In this document: piece by piece, positions 1 through 11,760 of the stretch
Numbering within the stretch: the stretch's first letter is position 1
How the letters are laid out: the number at the start of each line of letters is the position of its first letter
Assembly: GCF_006345805.1 (NCBI RefSeq)
Contig: NC_042997.1
Coordinates: 204,662,001 to 204,726,000 of the forward strand
DNA from: Octopus sinensis
Taxonomy: Eukaryota
Length of the DNA stretch: 64,000 bases
Reading direction: 5' to 3'
The notes under the pieces: model-generated
What the model saw: only the letters and a program-made list of their open reading frames with translations
Told to the model about the DNA's origin: nothing
Databases searched by the model: none
Translations under genes and position numbers: made by a program

Positions 1-1530
1 TCCCTAGAGAAAGGAAGATTCTTATGAGACGACGAACAAGGATTGCGAACTGCCTGATCAAGCACACCAAAAGTGGTGAGACGTCTCACCTCGAGAGAAT
101 GCTAATGGAAATTGAGAAAAGTCTGCACCAGTCTTATGAAAAGGAGAGAGCAGATAAAGAAGCTTGGGTAATAAAGAATATCAAGTCAAACCCTAAAGCT
201 TTCTTTAAGTTTGCCAAAGAGATAGCCACAGTGCGCCAGAGGATAGGACTTCTCTTCCAAAAAGATGGCTCCCTCACAGGAAATCCCACGAGGATAAGTA
301 AAATACTGAACGAACAGTTCCAAAGTGTATTCACTACACCTCTAGGACACAAGCAAGTAAACAACCCAGAAGAATTCTTTGCCACTTTACCTGTAGTCAA
401 AGTGGCAAAAATTGAGTACATCAACATTGAAGATGATGATATCACACTGGCCATAAATGACACAAACGATTGACACAAACTCAGCTGCGTGACCTGATGG
501 ATTTCCAGTGATCCTTCTCAAATCATGCAAACGAGCCCTTGCAAAACTGCTACAGCTTCTTTTTCAGCGCTTTCTTGCAAGTGGTAAGCTCCCAGTCAAA
601 TTGAAAGAAGGGATAATATGCCCTATCCATAAGGGAAGAAGCAGAGCAGATGCTAAAAAATTATAGGTCTATCTCTCTGACCTCACACATCAGCAAAGTC
701 ATGGAACGAATAGTCTGCAAGAAGCTAATCATGTTCCTTGAAGAAAATGACTTGCTGACTGACACCCAGCATGGATTTCGACCAGGTAGAAGCTGTCTAA
801 CACAGCTCCTGCAACACTATGGCTGGGTGTTAAAACAGCTACTAAATGGCTCAAGTGTGATTGTGATATATCTCGACTTTGCAAAAGCCTTTGATAAAGT
901 CGACCATGGTATGATCTGTCACAAACTGCATGATCTCGGCATAGGCAGAAAACTTGGAGAGTGGCTGCACAACTTCCTAAAAGATAGAAGGTAGGCAGTT
1001 GTGGCCAATGGAGCCACCTCCAAGGAAACACAAATAACAAGCGGTGTTTCACAGGGCACTGTCTTGGGGCCACTGCTGTTCATAGTGGCCCTTTCAGATA
1101 TGCCCTCAGTTGCAAAGATGGCCACCCTTGCTATCTATGCAGATGACACAAAGTTACCCCAACGGCAGAGTGGGGCGCCACTGCATGGTGCCAAAGATCC
1201 CAACATCACCATCAAAATACAGGTTCAGATACTGCAACAGCTTGGGTTTCAGGGGACCACAGCTCTTCAATATACTTCATAAATGCCTGAGAGACCTGCA
1301 TGGTGTGGATGTGGATTTCTTTAAAACTAAACTGGTTCTCTTCTTGTCAGGGGTTCCAGATGAACCTACCTCTCAGCAGGAAACACAGAATGGGCAGTGG
1401 CATTGAACTCCCTTGTTGATCAAGTGCCACGTATCAGAGGTGGTTTCACATACTAGTGTAGCTCATTCAACGGTGGTGCCCCAGCATGGCCGCAGCCTTC
1501 AGGCTGTTATATTTTTAAGGATTTAAGGAT
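1..1530 (+). mobile_element. CR1-clade non-LTR retrotransposon ORF2 (RT), decayed, internally deleted, with 3' end
   Basis: RT motifs across frames: NYRSISLTSHISKVMERIV, QHGFRPGRSCLTQLL, VIYLDFAKAFDKVDH, GVSQGTVLGPLLF, YADDTK. The sequence then jumps at ~1155 to the C-terminal GPQLFN..FKTKL..VPDEP region. Frameshifts and stops are present. Confidence 0.9.
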
Positions 1531-1833
1531 ATGTGTATATATATATAAGTATATATATATAAGTATGTATATATATGTATATATATATGTAAGTATGTAT
1601 ATATATATATATATATATATGTCTGTATACATATAAGTATATATATATATATATGTGTGTATATATATAAGTATATATATGTGTATATATATATATAAGT
1701 ATATCTATATATGTGCATATATATATAAATATATGTGTATATATAAATACATATATGTATATATAAATATATATATATATATATATGAGTATATATATGT
1801 GTATGTATATATATATGTGTGTGTATGTGTATG

Positions 1834-1865
<32 letters not shown>

Positions 1866-2690
1866 ATATATATGAGTATATATATGCATGTGTGCATATA
1901 TATATGAGTATATATATGCATGTGTGCATATATATATGAGTATATATATGCATGTGTGCATATATATATATCAGTATATATATATACATGTGTGCATATA
2001 TATATCAGTATATATATATACATGTGTGCATATATATATATGAGTATATATATATATATACATGTGTGCATATATATATCAGTATATATATATATACATG
2101 TGTGCATATATATATGAACATATATATATATACATGTGTGCATATATATATGAGTATATATATCTATATACATGTGTGCATATATATATGAGTATATATA
2201 TTCATGTGTGTATATATATAAGTATATATATATATACATGTGTGTATATATATATAAGTATATATATATACATGTGTGTATATATATATAAGTATATATA
2301 TATACATGTGTATATATATAAGTATATATATATACATGTGTGTATATATAGCATATATATGTGTGTATATCTACATAAGTATATATGTGTGTATATATAT
2401 ATGTGTGTATATATATGTGTATATATATATAGATGTGTATATATATGACTATATATATGTGTATATATATATAACTATATATATGTGTATATATATATAA
2501 GTATATATGTGTATATATATAAGTATATATGTATATATATATAAGTATATATGTGTGTATATATATATATATATATGTGTATATATATATATATGTGTAT
2601 ATATATATATATGTGTATATATGTATATATGTGTATATATGTGTATATATGTATATAAGTATATATATGTATATATATATGTATATATAT
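1531..2690. repeat. (TA)n-based compound microsatellite with higher-order ~25-35 bp units
   Basis: Direct reading: TA runs interrupted periodically by CATGTGTGCA, GAG and AAG. Confidence 0.95.
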
Positions 2691-3023
2691 AAATCCTTAA
2701 ATCCTTAAAAATGTTTTAGCCCAAAGGCCGCGGCCATCCTGGGGCACCACTGCTGAATGAGCCATACTAATTTGTGAATCCACCTCTGATACGTGGCACT
2801 TGATCAACAAGGGAGTTCGATGCTGCTGCCCGCATCCGCGTCTCCTGTCGTGAGGTAGGTTCATCTGGGACTCCCAACAAGAAGAGATCCAGTTTAGTTT
2901 TAAAGAAACCCACATCCACACCATGTAAGTCTCTCAGGCATTTAGGGAGGATGTTAAAGAGCTGTGGTCCTCTGAAACCCAAGCTGTTGCAGTATCTGGA
3001 CCTGTATTTTGATGGTGATGTTG
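2691..3023 (-). mobile_element. 5'-truncated 3' end of the same CR1 family
   Basis: Reverse complement aligns to 1199-1530 ([40 protein letters not shown]). Confidence 0.9.
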
Positions 3024-3214
3024 GAATGTATAATATATGTATATATATGTATATATATATATTAGTATGTATATGTATATATATACATGTATATATATGT
3101 TTATATATCTATATATAGATATGTATAAGCATGTATATATATGTTTATATATGTATATATAGATATGTATAAGCATATATATATATATGTGTGTGTGTGT
3201 GTGTATAAGTATAT

Positions 3215-3248
<34 letters not shown>

Positions 3249-3746
3249 AGATATAACTTAGATATGTTTTGACCAAAGCTTTGTCCAAGCCATGTCTAAC
3301 TTAATAGCACCACCTGATAAGATTAGCTAAGTCTGTTTTAAATCATGTTTTGAAGTATCATGGTCCATTCAAGTAGGGAGTTCTGGAGTGAGTTGTCTCC
3401 ATTTATAAGTGAGTTATCTGGTATTCCTTGAAGGAATTTATCCAGATTCTGTTTAAACGTGACACACACACACACACACACACACACTTATGCACATGTA
3501 TACACACACATATGCACATGTATACACACACAAATACACACTCATACACACACATATATATCTATACGCACACACACAAATATATGTACTCACACACACA
3601 CATACACACACAAACACATGTTTATTACATATGAACAACCACACGTCTCAATTATATTGAACTTCCAAATAGAATGCATCGATATTATTATTACTGCCTG
3701 CATAAAATCAAATTTCTTATTATTGTAAAAGCTGAATAAGACTTAC

Positions 3747-3788
3747 CGTAGGTGTTGTACAACTGCACTCAATCCCTAATTGTGGTAC
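3747..3788 (-). CDS. Candidate exon of putative second gene (VPQLGIECSCTTPT)
   Basis: AAG acceptor, ACG|GTAAGT donor, 42 nt open in phase 0-0; not linked to other exons with certainty. Confidence 0.25.
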
Positions 3789-4949
3789 CTTAAATGATAT
3801 CCTTAAATTTACCCTTCACTTTTTATGTCTTGCTGACCATAGAGAGGGTTAGGGGAAGATGTGGTGAAAATTCTTGACCAGTCCACCTACTTGATGGATG
3901 ATGTGAGAAGGCTTTGGAAAGTGAGACTTTGATGTTGTTACTCCTAGGAACACATGTGCAATATCATAGCAAACCTTACCTGCACTCTCACTTTACCTTA
4001 CACCCAACCACCCCTAGTCTCCCTTCATACCCATCTTGTAGTTATTTCCCCCTCCCTCCACTACTCAATCACCACTTACCTTCTTCCTTGTTAACCCACC
4101 CCTCCACTACTTTATACCCCCCTCTATAAATGTGAGCCTAAGGTTTTATTTGGTTTTTATATGTTTTTATATATTCATTTTGTGTTGTTGCACCTACCTA
4201 CTTCATTGCTTTCTTGCCCCCCCCCCAACACCTTGACTCCTCATACAAATACCTTAAAATACATTTATTTATGTTTACAGAATGAAGATGGTGGCGGTTT
4301 GGTGTAGTGAAGGTGGCACTGTGGTTAGAGAGATGGTGGTGGTGTTGATGGTGTATATGTGAGGGCTGGGGGCACTCTGTGAAGAGAAACAGCAGGCAAC
4401 CTTTCAGCTGCTATAAATAAACCCGACTTCAACAAGATCTTTCTCATTTCTCTATCCCAGCCGGTTTACCTTAACGGCTTTGCCTGATATGAAAACCTTA
4501 CTTGCACCATACCCCAGGCAAGTGCTACCAAAAATAAATAGAAGGTGGGGTTATTATAGAGATGCTATGATAGGGCCAGCCGTTGATAAGAACGGTTGGA
4601 ATGAAAGTGCTGGGTGTCTGTAAATGGAGTCGAGTATACCCTGAAATAGAACAGAAAGCATTTTACCTACATTGAAACACTGACATTGTTCCAATCGATA
4701 TACAATCTGTGTTCTTGCCTTAAACTTCCTCGCCCTATCTTTAGAAGGGTGGAATATTTCACAGGTTACATTATCATTCCTACCTGAGAGTTGGTTGGTT
4801 TTGAACCAAAGTAAGCGTTGGTTCAATTCTCTATGAATTTACCTTTGTGATATCTTAAAACATTCTCTTTACTATCTCCTGTACTACTGCATAACTATGT
4901 CCTATACTTCTGTACTGCTATGCCTTATACTACAATAGTACTGTGGCCT

Positions 4950-5280
4950 ATATATCTATATCACTATGTCATGTACTACAATATTACTATGCCATATACT
5001 ACAATATTACTATGTCTTGTACTACAATATTACTATGTCTTGTACTACAATATTACTATGTCTTGTACTACAATATTACTATGTCTTGTACTACAATATT
5101 ACTATGTCTTGTACTACAATTTTATTATGCCTTGTACTACAATATTACTATGCCTTGTATTACAATATTACAATGTCTTGTACTACAATATTACTATGTC
5201 CTATATTACTATATTACTATATTACTATGTCCTATACTGCAATACTACCATATTTCCTGTACCACTACAGAACTATGTCT
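4950..5280. repeat. 23-bp minisatellite (TATTACTATGTCTTGTACTACAA), with degenerate continuation at ~4870-4950 and ~5690-5950
   Basis: 23-aa periodicity in the three + ORFs equals 3 x 23 nt. Confidence 0.9.
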
Positions 5281-5961
5281 GATAGCTTTACATTTCAATG
5301 CAATAAATTGGATGAGTCATTAGAAACACAGAATTTGCTGTGGTACTCTGAATTTTGAGTTCAAACACTGCCACAGCATATTTCCCTTTCCATCCTCTCA
5401 GGGTTGAAAAAAATGTAGCAGCCCAGGTTGGTTTACTAGCAGGACTGGTATCACATACGATGATAACGTTTTGGTATTTGTGCTGTCCCTTGGGGTTCTG
5501 GCTGTAAAGCCTGCTAATACATTGATGGCAAGTTGTATCAGTTTTTAAGGGAAGCCCTTTGGACAACACTGGGGACATGGACTGGAGCAACTTGCACACA
5601 TGGGGGTCTGCTAGTTTTCATCAGAAGCAAACACATTGCATGCACACATGCGCGCGCACACATGCGCGCGCACACACACACACACACACACTCACTACAC
5701 TATTTAACAGTAACCACTGTTACTATATGACTATACTTTCCTGCACTACTATGATATGTTTTATAATACTATCCCCTGTACCACTATATTACTATATTCT
5801 GCACTACAATGTTAGTATATGAAGCAATGCTATATTTGTATACTCTGTACTAATCTACTACTATATCCTATACTTCTGTGTCCCACACAACTATTATACC
5901 ATTTCTCATGATACTATGTGTTACACTAATATATTAATGTATCCTGCATTTCTATATTCTT

Positions 5962-6357
5962 TTCTACTCTAGGCACAGGGCCCGAAAGTTTTGGGGAGGG
6001 GGCCAGTGGATTAGATTGACCCCAGTACACAACTGGTACTTAATTTATTGACCCCGAAAGGATGAAAAGCAAAGTTGACCTCAGCAGAATTTGAACTCAA
6101 AACATAGACAGAGGAAATACTTATTTCTTTATTACCCACAAGGAGCTAAACACAGAGGGGACAAACAAGGACAGACATAGGTATTAAGTCGATTACATCG
6201 ACCCCAGTGCGTAACTGGTACTTAATTTATCGACCCCGAAAGGGTGAAAGGCAAAGTCGACCTCGGCGGTATTTGAACTCACAACGTAACGGCAGACGAA
6301 ATACCACTAAGCATTTCGCCCGGCGTGCTAACGTTTCTGCCAGCTCGCCGCCTTTAA
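5962..6357 (-). mobile_element. Two adjacent tRNA-derived SINEs (family B, Nin/Deu-like core)
   Basis: Minus-strand head GGCGGCGAGCTGGCAGAAACGTTAGC..GAGTTCAAAT (A/B boxes) and core GACTTTGCCTTTCAYCCTTTCGGGGTCGATAAATTAAGTACCAG. Confidence 0.85.
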
Positions 6358-6424
6358 CTGTATTCTAAATAACTATTTTACTTTATCCTATGCTACAATA
6401 AATATCAATAAGTCCTTTGTTTAA

Positions 6425-6850
6425 AGCACAGAAAATAATCCTGATTAAGCTTACAATCCCATGGGAAGAAGGTTGCAATCAAGCCTTTGAATGGAAGTGT
6501 GCCAATACCAAAACTTTTGACAAGATTGTTAGGATGAGGGATGGCAGTCATTACTATTCCCAATTGAGGTTGAAAGGTAGAGGATTCCAAGCCCAGTCTA
6601 TATGGAAAATGCTTACTGCCATTGGAAAAAGAGGAAGAGAGGGAAAGGCAGTAGAAAGAGTCTTTTGCTGATTATGGAATAAAAGAGAGGAGTTAAGCTG
6701 GAAGTTAGGAGAATATAAGGAGTAATTATTTGGCCATTACTGCTGACCCACCAACGAGAGAGTGTTATGGATCAGTTGAATCAGCCAATGGCTGCTGGAT
6801 ATTGTTTGATGACATCAGCTCCTCCTGGTCAAAGCTGCATTCGCCAAAGG
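6425..6850 (+). mobile_element. HERO-like (RLE) non-LTR retrotransposon 3' fragment
   Basis: KIILIKLTIPWEEGCNQAFEWK...GRGFQAQSIWKMLTAIGKRGREGKA / AVERVFC*LWNKREE matches the HERO RLE C-terminus pattern (ELTVPWEE..RGF.AQS.W..L..LG..GRE....AAERAS.WLW.KREE). Confidence 0.7.
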
Positions 6851-7189
6851 GGAATAAAGAAGAAGCATCTTCATTTAGTTTCACACAAACATGATCCAAT
6901 CATTCAGAATTTGAATTTGGAAACCTGTTGAAAAAACCCTGTCCAAATAACAAAAGCCCCATTAACCAACCCCCTATAAAGCTTGGTCTCCTCTGGACTG
7001 TGTCCAATCCCTATGTCTCTTCCACTTCATCTCCAATTGATTATATAGCTCCTCTGTATGTAACTAAGTTAGTTACAATCACACCTTTTTTGTTTCTCAC
7101 TCCTCTACATCTCACCCCTGTTCTCATACTAAACACACTCAAATCCTTCTTCTCTTTATAAACTTTTCAAACATACACTAGCTCCATAT

Positions 7190-7432
7190 CTGACCCCAAC
7201 TGTACATATTAACTGTTTCAGATTTTAGCACATATCCAGCAGTTTTAGGGGAAGGGAACAAGTCAGTTACTTTGACCCCACTACTTAACTGGTGCTTTAT
7301 TTCCTCAGCTCCTAAAGAATGAAAGGCAAAGCTGTTCTCTGTGAGATTTGAACTCAGAATGTAAAGAGCCAGAAAAGCTTCCACTAAGCAATTTGTCAGG
7401 TTTGCTAATGATTCTGCCATATTGCTGCCTTA
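7190..7432 (-). mobile_element. Family B SINE (diverged)
   Basis: Similarity to 6119-6357. Confidence 0.75.
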
Positions 7433-7869
7433 ATACTACTAATAGCAAGTTCATGCAGAAGGGAGCATTGCTTGGTAGTACAAGGAGTCTTCACAAAGTC
7501 CTTAAGACTTGAAAAGAATATACCACCTTAGTTCACAGGAAGTGAAAGGCTGGTACCTTAACGATTATGTTAGAAATAATAATAATAATGATAATAACAA
7601 TAGTAATAATAATAGTGCTTGGTAGTGCAGTGAAAGCACGTGATAAAAATGAGACTACTGAATAATAATAATAATAATAACAATAATAATGATAATAATA
7701 ATGATGATGATAATGATTTCATTTATTTGCCACAAGGGCGAAGAATGAGGGGGACAATACAAAGACAGACATATAATGAAATGATTAAAAAGAGAAAGTA
7801 AGTATACACAGCATACACTGAAAAAGAAGGGACATATGCATTGCATACAAAGGTAAAAGAAAAAAAAAA

Positions 7870-8180
7870 AATGAAAAATAAAGCAAGAACTGTTTCTGTT
7901 ATTGTAGGTGACCTAAGTATGATAAAAATGGGATGTCAGAAACATCTAGATAACATCCAAGGAGAACGTGTTTCAAAGAAATCTAGAAGATTGTGCTAAC
8001 AAGTACTGCCTATGTCCTTAGAAAAACCCTATCAATTTATATGTCTGTGTTGTACTACATGAAGATATTTCGCTACTACTCCTGCCAGTTTCCCTCCCCA
8101 AGCTTTCAGTGTCTTGGAAAGTGATTGTAACAAACATGCAGATCAAAAGTAAATAATAATAATAATAATAATAATAATAA
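7870..8180 (+). mobile_element. R4/Dong-like non-LTR retrotransposon 3' end with (TAA)n tail
   Basis: KARTVSVIVGDLSMIKMGCQKHLDNIQG / EI*KIVLTSTAYVLRKTLSI, the typical R4-clade RLE terminus, followed by 3' UTR and a TAA run at ~8150-8180. Confidence 0.65.
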
Positions 8181-8795
8181 AGGAATATAAGAGATGCCAC
8201 AACAATATAGCCAGGCCTGTCCATTGGACACTTTGCAACAAGTATGGACTAGACAGAGCAAAAAATTGGTATGACCACAAGCCTGAAGGCATCGTTGAAA
8301 ATAGAAATGCGAAGATCCTATGGGATTTTAGGATTCAGTGCGACCATGAGGTAGAGAATAAGAAACTGGACATAGTCTTAATTGAGAAAGAAAACAAACT
8401 ATGCTGGATCATAGATATAGCATGCCCAGCTGACAACAAGGTATGCGATAAGGAAGAAAGAGAAGTCAAGAGATATGACAGGTTAGCTTGGGAAGTTAAG
8501 CAGTTGTGGTCGATGAAGAAGGTAGCAGTAGTACCAATAATTATCAGAGCCCTGGGAACAGTGAGCAAAAATCTCGAGAAGAACGTGGAACAAATAGGGA
8601 TTGCAATAAGGGTGGAGCACTTTCAGAAAACAGCACTGCTTGGAACCGCTTGAATACTCCGGAAGGAGCTCGAAAAATAAGAAGTGTTACCTTAGTTCAC
8701 TGGTAGTGAACAGCTGACACCATAGTACATCTCCTGCATTAGAAGCTGTGCAAAGGTAATAATAATAATAATAATAATAATAATCATAATAATAA
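8180..8795 (+). mobile_element. R4/Dong-like retrotransposon RLE domain, 5'-truncated, with (TAA)n tail
   Basis: 157 open codons from 8180: YKRCHNNIARPVHWTLCNKYGL..WYDHKPEGIVEN..KILWDFRIQCD...DIVLIEKENKLCWIIDIACPAD...VVPIIIRALG..QKTALLGTA*ILRK. Confidence 0.9.
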
Positions 8796-9003
8796 TGGTT
8801 TCAAATTTTGGCACGTGGTTAGCAATTTTAGGAGTGGTCAGTCAGTTACATCGGTGCCAAAGTTCAACTGTTACTTACCCTGAAAGGAGGAAATGCAAAG
8901 TCAACTTCAGCAGGATTTAAACTCACATCATACAGAGCCAGAAGATATACCACTAAACATTTTTGCTTGACATGCTAATAATTGTGCCTTCTCATTGCTT
9001 TAA
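8796..9003 (-). mobile_element. Family B SINE (diverged)
   Basis: Similarity to other family B copies. Confidence 0.65.
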
Positions 9004-9519
9004 CTCTACACTAACTTCATTCAGCCAAAGCTCAAAGCATTATGGGAACTTTGCAATTCTCACAATAACTCTGAAGAAATGCCTTAGATTTGAGCCAAAC
9101 CAAGTAGCTGAAGACCATAAATCTTTACGGATTAATTAGAAAAGTAGGGGTCATACATGCGATGATTTTTTTTTTTTAGGGTTTCTGAAACTACAGTGGG
9201 AGACAAAGAATGAGAAACCATTATTCATCTGTCAATGTCCCCCAACCATTCTACTTTACTCCCTAAACTTGAGTTGTCCAAAGTGTATCGTAGAAGTTTA
9301 TCAAAGAAGTCCCAGGAGTTATGGAGTAGGATTGAACTGAGTAAACAGGATTGCAAATGAACTTCATGTAATAATCATATCAACTCCTGTATGACTGCTT
9401 TTCCTCTTTGCCAATTTAATATATATATTATATATATATATTTATTTAGAGATAGTAGGCCCCTACGTCTCACCATATAAAAAGAATTTTTATTTTAAAT
9501 ACCTACTGTTTTATTACTT

Positions 9520-9614
9520 GGCTACACGTGTTTCATGAGGTACATCCCCTGGTTCCTAAATCACTCCGTGTTTTCCTGGAACCCTTCTTAAAATGTAACC
9601 CCAATCATCAGGCC
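9520..9614 (-). ncRNA. Type I hammerhead ribozyme motif (inverted twin)
   Basis: Same core, stem I and stem III as 10123-10217; differences fall only within stem II. Confidence 0.75.
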
Positions 9615-10122
9615 CTTATATCACTTTATCAACATTCAATACAATAAACTATATTTTAATTTTTTAAAGCCCTTAAGTATGTGTAAAATATGTATGTTTA
9701 AATTAGGTTCGCTGGACCCTACAGTAGAAACCATAATTCAAATAAAAAGTCACAAAAATAAAGTAAAGAATAAAAATGCTAAAAAAATATATGAAAATTT
9801 CATTTTTATTCACATTTTTTAATATTTTTTTATATATTACTAACATAGCTTTTGCAATTTTTTATATATTACTAACATAGTTTTTGCAAATTTTAATTTT
9901 ATTTGGAACACTAACAAAGTTTTTGTAAATTTTCGTATATTTTTTAGCATTTTTATTCCTTACTTTATTTTTGTAACTTTTATTTGAATTTTTACCTGAA
10001 TTATGGTTTGTACTGTAGGGTCCAGTGAGCCTAATTTAAACATACATATTTTACACATACTTAAGGGCTTTAAAAAATTAAAATATAGTTTATTGTATTG
10101 AATGTTGATAAAGTGATATAAG

Positions 10123-10217
10123 GGCCTGATGATTGGGGTCACATTTTAAGAAGGGTTCCAGGAAAACACGGTGTGGTTTAGGAACCGGAGGATGTACCTC
10201 ATGAAACACGTGTAGCC
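10123..10217 (+). ncRNA. Type I hammerhead ribozyme motif with extended stem II
   Basis: GGC-CUGAUGA-[long hairpin, including UGGGGU/ACCUCA, ACAU/AUGU and GGUUCC/GGAACC]-GAA-ACACGUGU-A|GCC; predicted GUA cleavage after 10214; AATAAA lies downstream. Confidence 0.75.
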
Positions 10218-11153
10218 AAGTAATAAAACAGTAGATATTTAAAATAAAAATTCTTTTTATATGGTGAGATGTAGGGGCCTACTATCTTTAAATTAAAATA
10301 TATTTCTTCATTGAGAATAATTTGAACCTCTGTTATGCTGGAATTTTTATTCCCTAACAAATAAAATTTATATATATATATATATAAGAGATAATGGTGT
10401 CATTGAGACCCAAAGGCATCAAGTAATGCTGAATAAGTGCTATAGACAGACCATAGTTAAGTTCCAGATTTGGTAATATTGTGAATAAAGGGTTCAGTGT
10501 TGGTTCTATGTCATCATGTGTATATAGAATTTTTGTGTAATAATATAAAAAACCAAGGCTGTATAGATATTAGAGTATTTATAGATAGGTCTTACAGCTG
10601 TTTCTAGGATATTTATTAATAATATCCCTTCGTCAGAGATGGTGTGAGAGGAAAGTTAAGTCATAGTTAGTTTAGATGTGGTACAAAATAGAGAGTGAGA
10701 TGGTGGAAAGAAAATAGATGCAAGGTGCATATATTTATATATGCATGTGTGCATGTATATAATGTCAGTGTAAAAGTGTGCATGTATGTATATATATGTG
10801 TATGTGTGAGAGAGAGAGAGAGTGTGTGTGTATTGATTTAGTACAGTGTGTGACATCTTCTATGAAATAAATGTAATAAAAGAGAATTGGGTATCTTTAG
10901 ACATGAAATGCATAAATCAATAGGGTATCAGTTCATGCATCAAGTGTTTGGATCTGATGAAGGTTCTTCTTTGAGATTCTGGGGCATTACACACCAGATA
11001 ATTTGAGAATAATCTAAGACTCCTCACCTAAAGAAAGCAATGAGAAATAACTTCACTGTATTCTTTGGTGAAAATATTTTAGATGCTTTGTTTATAGCAT
11101 CACCAACAGTTATTTTTAACTGAATATGTACGCGCACATCTCTCTCTCTTTCT

Positions 11154-11190
<37 letters not shown>

Positions 11191-11218
11191 TTCATATCTC
11201 TCACTTTCTATCTATCTG

Positions 11219-11283
<65 letters not shown>

Positions 11284-11287
11284 ATAT

Positions 11288-11335
<48 letters not shown>

Positions 11336-11504
11336 CCATTAGACAACCCACAAATTATTTGCTTTCAGTGTTGAAGGCTCATGTAGGATCAGCCACACAC
11401 TTTGGAAATTCTGATAGCAGAAAGTTGGAGTAAATGTTTGCTGCAAACTCAGTGAACAATATACTTTCAAACTGAAATGATAGTCATCTTTGGAAGCATC
11501 TTAG

Positions 11505-11760
11505 AAGGCATGTGGCCTGGCAGTTAGGATGTTACATTTAGGGCTATAAGATCATGGTTTCAATCCCTGAACTGGGTGGTGTATTGTGTTTTTGAGCATG
11601 ACATTTTCTTTCGTGCTGCTCCAGTTCCCTCAGTAAATGAAGAACCCTGTCACAGACCGGCATCCTGTTTGCAGAGAATGTTGTGATCTCAGTAACGTAA
11701 TAGCCATATAGTCCTGGTAATCAGCCTTATGAATACTAGGACTTGAGACAGTCCTTAACT
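11505..11760 (+). mobile_element. tRNA-derived SINE family D (diverged)
   Basis: TGGCCTGGCAGTTAGG..GTTTCAATCCC head and TTGTGTTTTTGAGCATGACA core, shared with 38164-38415. Confidence 0.65.

Larger units (their letters stand above)
9436..10304. repeat. ~870-bp palindrome: two ~365-bp inverted arms (Penelope pLTR-like) around a ~127-bp AT-rich spacer
   Basis: 9436-9800 is the reverse complement of 9928-10304 with few substitutions and one ~11-nt indel. Confidence 0.95.

Noticed and set aside
1515-2692. Long Y/I/M/C-rich ORFs (also 36161-38261, 40174-40605, 45136-45850)
   Set aside because: These are translations of TA/CA microsatellites.
4667-4878. Two phase-1 exon candidates (GDSKENVLRYHK; RNDNVTCEIF..CQCFNV)
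   Set aside because: They would need a 59-nt intron and a weak acceptor, and they do not phase with 3747-3788. The region also shows faint LINE-RT-like text on +, so it is unresolved.
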